DNA of 64,000 bases from an uncultured Pseudomonadales bacterium (GTDB lineage: Bacteria; Patescibacteriota; Microgenomatia; UBA1400; PJMF01): the NCBI GenBank assembly GCA_964556485.1, contig CAZKVV010000004.1:57618-121617 (forward strand). Direction: 5' to 3'. A program made the translations under genes and the position numbers. Positions 17,685 to 27,073 of the stretch are shown here, piece after piece (positions within the stretch are counted from its first letter, which is position 1; every line of letters starts with the position of its first letter). The notes beneath the pieces are model-generated. The model saw only the letters and a list, made by a program, of their open reading frames with translations, did not search any database and was not told the DNA's origin.

Positions 17685-18489
17685 GCTTTTTTCGCTGGCT
17701 TTTATTCAGAGAGCTCTAATTGCCGGAGTGATTCTTGCCATCTTGGCTGGGATAGTGGGAGTAATGACATTGATTAGAAAGACAGCTTTCTATGGTGATG
17801 CAATTGCTCATTCTTCGCTAGCCGGAATTGCCATTGGACTTGCATTAGGTGTCTATCCCTTGCTAACCGCTCTTGTTTATTCGACTATTGTGGCACTTTT
17901 TCTTCCGAGTGTACGCAAAATTTTCTCTCTTTCATTTGATAATGTTTTAGGCATACTTTTGCCATTTTCGATGGGATTGGGAATTCTCATTTTTTCCTTA
18001 CTTCCGGGATATCAGCCTCAAATGATGAGTTTTTTATTTGGCAATATTTTAACTATTCAGCTCCAGGAATTATATCTAATAGTAGGCATATTCTTCATCA
18101 CTACTGCAATTTTTTACAAATTACTTCCACAACTATTGATGACATCTCTTGACGAAGAGTACGCAACCTTGCTTGGCTTGAATACCAAGTGGCTGCAAAG
18201 ACTTTATGAGGTGATGTTGACAATAATTATTGTAGCCGGAGTCAAGCTACTTGGAGTGGTGTTGATTAACGCACTTTTAATTATTCCCGCAAGTGCGGCT
18301 AAAAATCTTTCCTCGTCTTTAAGGCAATGGTTGATTATTAGTCCAATTATTAGTGTCATTTGTATTTTGGGTGGAATAATTGCTTCAGTATTCTTCGATA
18401 CTCCTCCAGGAGCTACTATTGCAGTTTTTGCCGGAGTGATTTTTATAATTTCGCAACTGTATATCAAACTCAAGCAAGCGCATAGCTAG
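17668..18489 (+). CDS. znuB: Metal ABC transporter permease ZnuB
   Basis: Polytopic ABC-3 family permease. Overlaps the znuC end. Confidence 0.85.
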   Translation: MNTLIELFSLAFIQRALIAGVILAILAGIVGVMTLIRKTAFYGDAIAHSSLAGIAIGLALGVYPLLTALVYSTIVALFLPSVRKIFSLSFDNVLGILLPFSMGLGILIFSLLPGYQPQMMSFLFGNILTIQLQELYLIVGIFFITTAIFYKLLPQLLMTSLDEEYATLLGLNTKWLQRLYEVMLTIIIVAGVKLLGVVLINALLIIPASAAKNLSSSLRQWLIISPIISVICILGGIIASVFFDTPPGATIAVFAGVIFIISQLYIKLKQAHS

Positions 18490-18839
18490 CATTTCCGCAT
18501 GTTTCTTCAGTATCATTAGCTTATTGATATCAGGCATTCATTAGTGTGTTTTTCTTTCGTTTTTGATCTTTTTTGTAGTTTTCCTTACAGCACTTTTTAG
18601 CACTATTTCTCAGGTAAATTCTGTAGAAGGAGAAGTTACTTATACTGGCACAAATACAAATTTGATTGGAGATGATAGTTCAGCCAGTCCTTATTACCAA
18701 GGGTTTACATTCAACTATTTTGGAACAGATTACACTCAAGTATTAATGGGACACTCAATTTTTGTTCTGCTTCTTCTGCATGCTCTAATGCCGCCTAAAA
18801 TGGTAGTGGAGCTAATACATCAATTTATCTTCTCTTTTC

Positions 18840-19661
18840 TTAATTTTCCTCATCATCAACGTAGGTAATTTTTTTTGGATCACCGCTCAAAATGTTTAAA
18901 ATACGTCTTTCTATGGTTGGCAAGAAAGCTATCATATCAAATGATTCAGGCCTAATTAATTGACGTTCCGGATGTAATTCTCCAGAACTCGAAAATCGCT
19001 GTGAAATAAAAATGCTAGCGTACCTACCGGGTAAAGACAGCATCTCTTGACTTGTATCAACCCTCTTTGCGAGCATTTCATTTGTATGCATGAAGTGCAG
19101 CGCAACTGATCCAATTCGAAGTTCTTGTATAAGCAAGGAGGCTGCGCTTGGATAATCATAATCTTTGTTTTGCTCTCTGAGATCTCTGATGTGAATTCCG
19201 CCTTTATTGCAATGATTGGATCCGCCAATGAAGATACCGACAGAGCCAGGATTTTTTTTCATAACCATTTTTATATTATTTGCTATTGCAACGTCTCTTT
19301 CTGGATAGAGTCCAGGATCACCAACTATAGGTATATTTGCAGTATCTACAGCATGATATGGAATTCCATGTTCTAGACAGTACCTTACCACGTAATCATA
19401 ATGCTTCATTATGGTTGTATCACTAGCTTCAAGAAAAATCACAGGATTTCTATCAACTAAAGTCAGAACAGATTCAATAATTAGTTTAGAGTACTTCTTT
19501 GCGTCTATATCAAAGTGATTACCTTCGCCCAACATAATCACATCTGATGATCTTACAAGAGTGCCAAGTTGTTGATTCAAGGGAGCCAACTCATTTCTCA
19601 TTTGTGCAACTTGCTCCTGTTTGGCATTCTCGAAGCTTATGTTTAAAAAATCTTTTGTCAT
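18840..19661 (-). CDS. ChaN/Tiki/TraB-superfamily (PF04187-like) protein, possibly heme/iron-related
   Basis: N-terminal VIMLGEGNHFD resembles the conserved ChaN LGExH motif. Otherwise weak. Confidence 0.4.
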   Translation of the reverse strand: MTKDFLNISFENAKQEQVAQMRNELAPLNQQLGTLVRSSDVIMLGEGNHFDIDAKKYSKLIIESVLTLVDRNPVIFLEASDTTIMKHYDYVVRYCLEHGIPYHAVDTANIPIVGDPGLYPERDVAIANNIKMVMKKNPGSVGIFIGGSNHCNKGGIHIRDLREQNKDYDYPSAASLLIQELRIGSVALHFMHTNEMLAKRVDTSQEMLSLPGRYASIFISQRFSSSGELHPERQLIRPESFDMIAFLPTIERRILNILSGDPKKITYVDDEEN

Positions 19662-19796
19662 ACTTTTAAATAATATATATTATTCTTTACACCTGGCACC
19701 ATATTTTTTAATTGTCTTTGTAGTTCGAATCCTCGATGCGGGGAGAGCGTGGGACGAAATTGGAACTTTGTTAATCTAGTGATAGTATAGACTTTA

Positions 19797-20528
19797 ATGA
19801 ACTTATTTGAATCTGTCTTCACACGCCTAAAGCCCAAAGAACAACTTCCTTCAAAAGAGGCTTTTGCAAGTGTTAGAGAGAAATATGTCAAGAATCGCTC
19901 GCAGCACTACTATCAACTTTTAACAAAGGATGAAGATTTTATTACATTTCTAGAGTGGAAAACTGATTCAAGCTTTGCAGAAGTTGCTGAACAAGTTCGG
20001 GAACTCTCAAACTATTTAGCTCATTTTGAGTTAGGTATAACTTTAGTCCATAAAAAAATGGCTACTAAGTTTTCGAGTAGTGACATTGTTTTGTCTGCCG
20101 ACACTATAGCCGTTGATCATGATGCTTTTATGTATGCATCTAAAGATGCAGAAGTTGAAAAAAGATACCAAGGTAAGTACTTGTGTCAATTAAAGAAGGC
20201 ATTTGATTTAGCTTTTTCCCCGGAATCACTCGATAAAGTTAGGAATCATTGGGGCGTACCTGCAATTAGAACAGAAGATCTTTTTTTACTTATTGGTGTA
20301 GAAGAAGCTGCTCATAAACAGTACGATCAAAAAAGTAACAAAAATGCTCAAATATCTGAAGTTGACTCTCCTGATGAGTACCACATAACAGACATTGAGT
20401 TTAGAGCGCTTCTTTGGAAATTAAACATAGTGCTAAGATATTTTCCAGAATATGTTGATGCGTTTAAGAAATTCTTTTCAGAGAAAAAGAAGCAGCGGGC
20501 GGCACGTGGGGGAGTTGTTGGGAAATGA
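19797..20528 (+). CDS. Hypothetical protein (243 aa)
   Basis: Clean ORF followed by a bidirectional terminator. No recognised motif. Confidence 0.5.
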   Translation: MNLFESVFTRLKPKEQLPSKEAFASVREKYVKNRSQHYYQLLTKDEDFITFLEWKTDSSFAEVAEQVRELSNYLAHFELGITLVHKKMATKFSSSDIVLSADTIAVDHDAFMYASKDAEVEKRYQGKYLCQLKKAFDLAFSPESLDKVRNHWGVPAIRTEDLFLLIGVEEAAHKQYDQKSNKNAQISEVDSPDEYHITDIEFRALLWKLNIVLRYFPEYVDAFKKFFSEKKKQRAARGGVVGK

Positions 20529-20666
20529 TTTTTCTGCTAAGCAAGGGGGATTCGGGACTCGCTACTATTTGTAACTACTGGGTGAAGCTCTCATGCACTA
20601 AGCAGGAAGTTTGCAGGCTTCACTTCTTGTTGGTGCGAACTATTTTCCGCATTTTGCCACTTCGTC

Positions 20667-20699
20667 ATAAAAAAATACCCAAGTTGGGTATTTTTTTTG
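20667..20699. terminator. Bidirectional intrinsic terminator (AAAAAAATACCCAAGTTGGGTATTTTTTTT)
   Basis: Perfect TACCCAA/TTGGGTA hairpin flanked by A7 and T8 runs, between the 19797-20528 gene (+) and tRNA-Ser (-). Confidence 0.6.
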
Positions 20700-20782
20700 C
20701 GGAGAGCGAGGGATTCGAACCCACGGGCCCCGAAGGGCGCGGTTTTCAAGACCGATGCGATTGACCACTCTGCCAGCTCTCC
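20700..20782 (-). tRNA. tRNA-Ser (anticodon UGA), class II with long variable arm
   Basis: Minus-strand GGAGAGCUGGCAGAGUGG...CGGUCUUGAAAACCGC...GCCCUUCGGGGC...GGGUUCGAAUCCCUCGCUCUCCG. Anticodon loop CUUGAAA. One U-U mismatch in the T stem. Confidence 0.8.
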
Positions 20783-20839
20783 ACGTGACAAGGGGTACAT
20801 TATAACCTTCCTTGTCTACTTTTTCGAGTCTCTTTTATA

Positions 20840-21595
20840 GTGTACACTTTACATATGGATAGTAATTCTCAACCAACATCACTGTTCGCAAACTCACCGG
20901 GTGTTGTGGTGTCAAATAATCCTGGTGGTGTACTGCCGATTCAACCTGCCCAACCTATACAATCACCTGCGCAAACACAACCAACCCAACAGATCCGAGA
21001 ATCGCAAGTTGTCCAACCAAGCCAGTCACTTCCCACAAACATCAGCGCGGATGAAGATGACTTGAACAACTATGAATATCAATCTATTTTTCCAGATTAT
21101 ATGAGACCAACACAAGAAGAATTAATTTTTGAGTGGCGCGCGGACAGCAGACCATTTAAAAAGCATAAGCGTAATTTTTATACTACTGGGACTGTAATTG
21201 TAGTGCTCATTTCTCTTATTCTTTTCTTCTCAGGTCAATTTTTACCTATCGCAGTGGTCATCGCAGTAACCTTTCTTGCTTACGTGTTAACCTCGATACC
21301 ACCTCAAGAAATCACTTATCAAGTTACCACGTTTGGCGTCCGTATCGAAGACAAATTGTATGAATGGGATCTGATGAACCGTTTTTGGTTTACCGAAAAA
21401 TACAGTCAAGAATTGGTGCACGTTGAAGTTGCGCAATTTCCAGAACGCCTCACACTTGTGCTAGGTGCAACCAGCAAAGATATCATTGCAGCACTTTTTT
21501 CGGAGGTGTTAATTATGCAAACGCCCGCACCAACAATCTATGAACGAGTTGCAGCTTGGTTACAAGAAAAAATCCCTCTAGATCTCGATTCATAA
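20840..21595 (+). CDS. Hypothetical membrane protein (Q/P-rich N-terminus, 2 TM helices, C-terminal PH-like region)
   Basis: ORF with a hydrophobic hairpin VIVVLISLILFF...IAVVIAVTFLAYVL. Confidence 0.5.
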   Translation: MYTLHMDSNSQPTSLFANSPGVVVSNNPGGVLPIQPAQPIQSPAQTQPTQQIRESQVVQPSQSLPTNISADEDDLNNYEYQSIFPDYMRPTQEELIFEWRADSRPFKKHKRNFYTTGTVIVVLISLILFFSGQFLPIAVVIAVTFLAYVLTSIPPQEITYQVTTFGVRIEDKLYEWDLMNRFWFTEKYSQELVHVEVAQFPERLTLVLGATSKDIIAALFSEVLIMQTPAPTIYERVAAWLQEKIPLDLDS

Positions 21596-21617
21596 ACGTC
21601 ATTTCATTTGGTATAAT
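21589..21617 (+). promoter_or_regulatory. Sigma70-like promoter for the tRNA-Arg/tRNA-Ser pair (TTCATA-17-TATAAT)
   Basis: TTCATAaacgtcatttcatttggTATAAT ends 14 nt before the tRNA-Arg 5' end. Confidence 0.5.
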
Positions 21618-21631
21618 ATGAGCTTGTTATC

Positions 21632-21705
21632 GCGTCCATAGCTCAGTTGGATAGAGCATCAGTTTGCGGAATTGAAGGTCGCAGGTTCGAGCCCTGCTGG
21701 GCGCA
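21632..21705 (+). tRNA. tRNA-Arg with anticodon GCG
   Basis: GCGUCCAUAGCUCAGUUGGAUAGAGCAUCAGUUUGCGGAAUUGAAGGUCGCAGGUUCGAGCCCUGCUGGGCGCA aligns arm-for-arm with E. coli tRNA-Arg(ACG). Anticodon loop UUGCGGA. Confidence 0.75.
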
Positions 21706-21735
21706 CAACTTTTATTGAATTTCCCACAACTTCCT

Positions 21736-21824
21736 GGAGGGATGTCGGAGCGGTTTAACGGCCAGCTCTCGAAAAGCTTGGGGGACTCTGTCCCACGGGG
21801 GTTCGAATCCCCCTCCCTCCGCCA
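21736..21824 (+). tRNA. tRNA-Ser (anticodon CGA), class II, CCA encoded
   Basis: GGAGGGAUGUCGGAGCGGUUUAACGGCCAGCUCUCGAAAAGCU...GGGGGACUCUGUCCCAC GGGGGUUCGAAUCCCCCUCCCUCCGCCA. Anticodon loop CUCGAAA. Confidence 0.85.
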
Positions 21825-22298
21825 AAATAATTTTACTATAAGTGAGTTACTTTCAAATGTTTTTTACAAAAAGAAATGTAAGCCTTATGATCATCGTTTG
21901 AGAGTACTCTCAAATCATATGAATGCTCAGAAACAAGCCGAATTTGCTGACTTCTAATCCCATCAATTAAAGCGTCTAAAGACAACTAATAAATTACAGG
22001 ATCAACAGATTCGGATGTTTTGACGCTATTAATTAGCCATTCTCTTTTATCATTTTTCAACTCGATCAAAGCTATTTGAACTATTTGTTCTAAGAGGGAT
22101 TGCCGCACTTCGTTTTTCTGAATTGCTTTTTCATTCACAACACTGCTCTCAGAAAATCAAAATAACGATACAACCTCATACTACTGTTCAAAATGTGGAT
22201 AAATTGAGAAATATGTAGATTGAAATTATCTTTGTCGTTTTCTCCTTTACATCCCATACCCCCCAGGAGTATATTGCAGATAGCAACAAGGAGCAAAA

Positions 22299-23492
22299 AT
22301 GGATACCAATTCCCTAAATCAACAAGCGGTAACACTACATAGACAACACCAAGGAAAACTTGGAACAGTCGCACTTATTCCTGTCACAAGCAAAGAAGAT
22401 TTGTCATTGGCATATACGCCAGGTGTGGCAGAACCTTGCCGAGTGATCCAGAAAAATCCAGAAGAATCGTTTGCACTTACGTCTCGTGGTAGAACAGTCG
22501 CGGTTATTTCTGATGGTTCAGCAGTTTTAGGGCTGGGAAACATAGGTGCAGAGGCAGCAATGCCAGTTATGGAGGGTAAAGCTCTCCTGATGAAAACATT
22601 TGCTGGTATTGATGCGGTTCCACTCGTGATTAACACCCAAGAACCTGAAGAAATTATTCGTTTTGTGAAAGCTGTGGCACCAAGTTTTGTGGGAATTAAC
22701 TTAGAAGATATTGCCGCGCCAAATTGTTTTCAGGTTGAAGAAGCACTGCAAGATATTGGTATAGCGGTGTTTCATGACGATCAACATGGTACAGCTATCG
22801 TTGTGACAGCTGCACTGCAAAATGCGGCCAAAGTGGTAGGTAAAAAGTTTGAGGATCTGAGCGTTGTGGTCGTAGGCGCTGGTTCGGCAGGTATTGCGAT
22901 TTCACGGATGTTACTTGGTATTGAATGTATGACTGAAGGATGTAGCCTGGTTGATGGTGCTTGTTCAGTCAAAGATGTCATATTGGTAGATAGCCAAGGA
23001 GCAATTAGCAAATATCGCTCTGGCATGAATGTCTATAAACAAGTGATGGCAGGCTTTTCAAATAAAGAAGGAAAAACTGGTGATTTAGCTGCGGTTATTG
23101 GTGGCGCAGACGTGGTAATTGGAGTGTCTCGCCCAAATACCATCACAGCCGAGATGGTGAAAAGCATGGCAAAAGATGCCATAGTGTTTGCCCTAGCTAA
23201 TCCAGATTCAGAAATTTTGCCAGAAGTTGCCAGAGCTGCAGGTGCATCTGTGGTAGCAACCGGCAGAAGTGACTATCCTAATCAAATAAACAATGTGCTT
23301 GCATTTCCAGGTGTTTTTAAAGCAGTTGTAGATGGCAGACTGCCCAGAATTACAACGGTAATGAAACAAGCAGCTGCAAAAAAACTGGCACAGTTAGTAG
23401 AAAACCCTACGGCTGATCAAGTGTTACCAATGCCATTTTCGCCAGGTATTGCAGAAGCTGTGAGCCAAGCGATTCTCGCTGTAGCTGATTAG
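22299..23492 (+). CDS. NAD(P)-dependent malic enzyme (short form, ~400 aa)
   Basis: Motifs LSLAYTPGVAEPC, VISDGSAVLGLGNIG, FHDDQHGTA and GAGSAGIA typical of malic enzymes. RBS AAGGAG. Confidence 0.85.
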   Translation: MDTNSLNQQAVTLHRQHQGKLGTVALIPVTSKEDLSLAYTPGVAEPCRVIQKNPEESFALTSRGRTVAVISDGSAVLGLGNIGAEAAMPVMEGKALLMKTFAGIDAVPLVINTQEPEEIIRFVKAVAPSFVGINLEDIAAPNCFQVEEALQDIGIAVFHDDQHGTAIVVTAALQNAAKVVGKKFEDLSVVVVGAGSAGIAISRMLLGIECMTEGCSLVDGACSVKDVILVDSQGAISKYRSGMNVYKQVMAGFSNKEGKTGDLAAVIGGADVVIGVSRPNTITAEMVKSMAKDAIVFALANPDSEILPEVARAAGASVVATGRSDYPNQINNVLAFPGVFKAVVDGRLPRITTVMKQAAAKKLAQLVENPTADQVLPMPFSPGIAEAVSQAILAVAD

Positions 23493-23507
23493 TGCTACAA
23501 TTACGGC

Positions 23508-23909
23508 ATGAAGTATTCACACCTTGCTCAATTCTTTATTTTTTTAGCATTTGGTTTTTTTGTCTCGGGATGTTCGATAAACGTCGATCCAGCGACAGGC
23601 AAATACAGCTTAGAAGTTGATTGGAGCAGTATGATGAACTCTAACAAAAAAAAGACAGATGTGTGTGAAGTTTCAAACTGTCATGGCATGGAAGTGACTT
23701 GCGGTGAACCAGTTGAAGCCTGCACCATGGAATATGCACTCGGTGATTTTTGTAGAGATTTTGCTAGTTGTCAACTTAATGATGGGTATTGCGATTTGGA
23801 AAAACAACCCAGATTTGATAGTTGTGTGTCATGTGTAACAAAATGTTTAGAACTTGATCCCATTGATGGATTTGAGTGCGAAAATGAGTGCCGCTCGCAG
23901 TTGCTCTAA
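23508..23909 (+). CDS. Cys-rich secreted lipoprotein, hypothetical
   Basis: Signal peptide with lipobox FFVSGC. 14 Cys in the ~100-aa mature part. Confidence 0.45.
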   Translation: MKYSHLAQFFIFLAFGFFVSGCSINVDPATGKYSLEVDWSSMMNSNKKKTDVCEVSNCHGMEVTCGEPVEACTMEYALGDFCRDFASCQLNDGYCDLEKQPRFDSCVSCVTKCLELDPIDGFECENECRSQLL

Positions 23910-23926
23910 GGTGCTAGAATATCCCC

Positions 23927-24502
23927 ATGATTGTTGTTTTAGCATCTCAGTCAAAACAGCGTAAAGCATTAATGGATTCTTTGGGAATCGAATATGTAGT
24001 GTCTCCCGCTGATGTTGATGAAAAGGCAATTACTCACCCAGACCCGTATGTTCGAGCCCAAATGGTCGCTGAAGCCAAAGCGCGCAAGGTGGCGCCACAG
24101 TTTCCCGATGCATGCATCATTTCTGCAGATACCTTTTTGCTCTATGGCGCTGAATGTTTAGAAAAGCCAAAAAGTAAGGTTGAGGCCAAAGAAATGTTGC
24201 AAAAAGTAGCAGGCAAAGAAGTTTTAACCATCTCCGGTGTCTGTTGTCTATTCACCAACACAGATGAGCTTTTTTCGCAAAGCATTACCACCATTTGTTT
24301 GTTTCGTGAATTAACCACAAAGCAGATTAATCACTATGTTAAACACAATTCTGTTACAGAGTGGTCTGGAGGTTTTTCGCCAGCATATCATGCTGGAGCC
24401 GCACTGATTGCAGATGTTTCAGGCTCACTTACCAGTTTTACTCACGGATTACCTATGGAGTTGGTTGCTCCACAGTTACAGAAGGCAGGATTACTCAAAT
24501 GA
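23927..24502 (+). CDS. maf: Maf-like nucleoside triphosphate pyrophosphatase
   Basis: N-terminus VVLASQSKQRKALMDSLGI matches the Maf family motif (L)ASxSPRRxxLL. Confidence 0.8.
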   Translation: MIVVLASQSKQRKALMDSLGIEYVVSPADVDEKAITHPDPYVRAQMVAEAKARKVAPQFPDACIISADTFLLYGAECLEKPKSKVEAKEMLQKVAGKEVLTISGVCCLFTNTDELFSQSITTICLFRELTTKQINHYVKHNSVTEWSGGFSPAYHAGAALIADVSGSLTSFTHGLPMELVAPQLQKAGLLK

Positions 24503-24960
24503 GCAGCCAACTCAAAAAAAGATACCCATTTGTAACAGCTGTACACTGGTTTGCATTCAATCCTCAGGGTGAAGTCTTGCTATCCAGAAGATTTCAAACG
24601 GGGTATAAAGATGGTCAGTTTTCTTTACCAGCTGGACATGTTGAAGGTGGTGAAACAGCAACTGAGGCACTCATTCGTGAAGTTCGAGAAGAAGTGGGAG
24701 TTGTTCTTTCTCCTCAAGACTTGACGTTTGCACATGTGATGCATCGAAATAATGTAACAGAACCGTTTGAGCGGATTGATTTCTTTTTCACCACTCATAA
24801 TTTTGTAGGTGAGTTTGAAAATAAAGAACCACAAAAGTGTGATTTACTTGCTTGGTACCATCCAAACAAGTTACCTGCTACTATGGTTGAGTATGTGGAA
24901 AATGCGCTGGGGCAAGTTCTTCAAAAAAAAGCGTTTAGCGAATTTCTGGAAGAAATATAG
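24499..24960 (+). CDS. NUDIX hydrolase
   Basis: Nudix box GHVEGGETATEALIREVREEVGV. ATGA overlap with the maf stop. Confidence 0.8.
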   Translation: MSSQLKKRYPFVTAVHWFAFNPQGEVLLSRRFQTGYKDGQFSLPAGHVEGGETATEALIREVREEVGVVLSPQDLTFAHVMHRNNVTEPFERIDFFFTTHNFVGEFENKEPQKCDLLAWYHPNKLPATMVEYVENALGQVLQKKAFSEFLEEI

Positions 24961-26038
24961 CTTTCTTTCTCGACTCATTTTGATATCATTTTTTCTGGGA
25001 CTAAATGTTGCGTTGGGTAAAGGATTTGTTGATCAAAATCCCATTCGCATTCCTGCACCAATCTTGAGTTTGTTGCTACGCTTTGGCATTATTCCTGGAG
25101 AGAAAATTTTATTAGATAAACTCACTAATCCCTATGCACCTGAGATTGAGTTAAAAGCGCAAGACATCATAACGGTCATTAATGCTGAACGGGTTGCGAA
25201 AGCATTACCATCGCTCACTGAAAATGTGAAATTAGCATCAGTAGCAGCACAGTTGCTCAAAGAACTGAAAGATGACGATTTTGATCTTGAAGGTGATGGT
25301 TTTTCAAGCAATCTTGAAGCAAAGATGAAATCCGTTGGTTATTCATATAGCTGGGTTCATCATAACTCGTTGGTGGGTCCTCTCTCTGCCGAGGCAGCAC
25401 TTACCGCATGGTTGTCTGACGCAAAGCAGTCAGAAGCGTTGTTAAACAAGAATTTTACGGAAATTGGCTTAGCAACAATTGTTGAAGATACTAAGGTGAT
25501 GGGTAAAGCAGGGGTGATTGTCCAGTTGTTAGCACAACCTCAAGTAGTACCAGAGTTAGCTACGCCTTCAGCTGCAGCAGGTGTGGGCAAAGTTCAGCCT
25601 AAGCCGCCTCCAAAACTTGCTGAAATTGGTGATTATGACATTTTCACTGCGCTCAATGTCTACCGTCAGTCACATGGAGTGCACCAACTTACAGAAAATA
25701 AACATCTGTGTATATATGCTGAAAAAAGAGTGCAAGACTTAGTTGCTTTTGGTTCATTAGATGGACATCAGGGATTTCAAAAAGATTTTAGTAGTAACAA
25801 TAAGCCAGTAGGTATCAAAGATTATCCTGGACAAGGCATTGGTGAGAATTTAGCTTCGCAGTACTGTTTAAATGGTACAACTGGTGATGTTATTTATGCC
25901 ACCACTCCGCAGCAACTCATCGAGTGGTGTTTTGACTCCTCCCAAAGAGGGCATCGCGAAGCGCAACTTAATTCTGAGTATAACAACGTGTGTGTGAGGC
26001 ATGGCAACAACATGTATGTGGTTATTTTTGGTGAGTAA
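24893..26038 (+). CDS. Secreted protein with two CAP (SCP/PR-1-like) domains
   Basis: Signal-like KKYSFLSRLILISFFLGLNVALG. Two repeats with CAP-like HWxxLV.../GENLA motifs (VHHNSLVG...TEIGLA and GHQGFQ...IGENLA). Start uncertain (ATG 24893 or 24902, which overlaps the NUDIX 3' end, or a downstream non-ATG). Confidence 0.55.
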   Translation: MWKMRWGKFFKKKRLANFWKKYSFLSRLILISFFLGLNVALGKGFVDQNPIRIPAPILSLLLRFGIIPGEKILLDKLTNPYAPEIELKAQDIITVINAERVAKALPSLTENVKLASVAAQLLKELKDDDFDLEGDGFSSNLEAKMKSVGYSYSWVHHNSLVGPLSAEAALTAWLSDAKQSEALLNKNFTEIGLATIVEDTKVMGKAGVIVQLLAQPQVVPELATPSAAAGVGKVQPKPPPKLAEIGDYDIFTALNVYRQSHGVHQLTENKHLCIYAEKRVQDLVAFGSLDGHQGFQKDFSSNNKPVGIKDYPGQGIGENLASQYCLNGTTGDVIYATTPQQLIEWCFDSSQRGHREAQLNSEYNNVCVRHGNNMYVVIFGE

Positions 26039-26106
26039 TCATTTTATTTCTTGCTAGTTGTGTAACAAACACTAATCTGTAACTATGGTTGTAGTTATTG
26101 AGTTTT

Positions 26107-26481
26107 TTACCAAATTGTTTGTTGCTTCATAAAGCAGGTATTAGTGGTGAGGTTGATTCCAAGCTTCTTGGCGAGTGCTTCAGATTCTTCTGATTCTGCA
26201 CCCGGTTGCATCCAAACTTCAGTAATGCCCAGTTGAGCACATTCTTTCAGTACAGTGATACCTGCAGTTGGTGGTACTACGATGATAACTAACTCTGGAA
26301 CCTGTGGAAGGTCTGCAAGAGTGCTATAGAGTTGTTTATCAGCTATCTGACCGCCTTTGGGATTGATGCCTTCTACAGAGTATCCTGCAGCAAGCAAGTC
26401 AGACATAATTCTATTGCCGTACTTTTGAGGATCAGTTGAAGCGCCAACAACAGCAATACGAGTGTTTTGAGTAAATGACAT
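26107..26481 (-). CDS. CoA-binding domain protein (YccU/YneT family)
   Basis: TRIAVVGASTDPQKYGNRIMSDLLAAGYSV...VIIVVPP is typical of a CoA-binding Rossmann fold. Confidence 0.7.
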   Translation of the reverse strand: MSFTQNTRIAVVGASTDPQKYGNRIMSDLLAAGYSVEGINPKGGQIADKQLYSTLADLPQVPELVIIVVPPTAGITVLKECAQLGITEVWMQPGAESEESEALAKKLGINLTTNTCFMKQQTIW

Positions 26482-26557
26482 ACACTTAGTGTATACCATC
26501 AGATACCAAAGAGGCCACCCATTGGGTGGCCTCTTTTCAGTTCATAACAAAAAGATG

Positions 26558-26914
26558 TTAGTTTCTGCGGTAACCGCCACGGTTATTGTCTCGGCCGCCA
26601 CCACCAAAACTTCTCTGTGGTCTGAAACCACCACTTTCTCTTGGAGCTTGTGGGCGAGCAATGTTTACTACTAAAGCACGACCATCGATTTCTCGATTGT
26701 TAAGAGCTTCAATAGCTGCATTTGCTGCTGACTCTTCAGCGAATTCTACAAAACCGAAACCTTTTGATCGGCCACTCATTTTGTCAGTGATGAGAGTCAC
26801 ACTGGTTGTTTCACCAAACTCGGCTACGAGGTTAGCGATGTCGTCTTGGGTCATTGAGAACGGTAAGTTCCCGATGTAGACTTTTTTATTATTTTGTTCT
26901 TGAGAAGGTTGCAT
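26558..26914 (-). CDS. RRM-domain RNA-binding protein with Gly/Arg-rich C-terminal tail
   Basis: RNP2 VYIGNL and RNP1 KGFGFVEF motifs. C-terminal GGGGRDNNRGGYRRN. Start at MQPSQ (RBS AAAGGG). Confidence 0.8.
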   Translation of the reverse strand: MQPSQEQNNKKVYIGNLPFSMTQDDIANLVAEFGETTSVTLITDKMSGRSKGFGFVEFAEESAANAAIEALNNREIDGRALVVNIARPQAPRESGGFRPQRSFGGGGRDNNRGGYRRN

Positions 26915-27073
26915 TGTGCCCTTTTCAACAAGTGTCGCTAGACTAAACGACAATTATTTTTATATACACTGACACGTTGCCTGAAATACTATGATCACGA
27001 GGAAAGGCCAAGTCTATGACTCTACATTATACAGCAAAGTATGCAATTTGTCAGGTCCAGTTGAGTTTTATGG

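Noticed and set aside
18563-18868. 101-aa ORF with hydrophobic N-terminus after znuB
   Set aside because: Its 3' end overlaps the ChaN-like gene on the other strand. No RBS or homology support. Left uncalled
20529-20600. Sequence GGGGGATTCGGGACTCGC resembling a tRNA T-arm next to tRNA-Ser(UGA), a possible integration remnant
   Set aside because: Only ~65% similar to the adjacent tRNA 3' half. No flanking direct repeat or integrase gene
21715-22374. ORFs 21715-21957 (+) and 22135-22374 (-)
   Set aside because: The first overlaps tRNA-Ser(CGA). The second overlaps the malic-enzyme start and promoter. No RBS. Judged spurious
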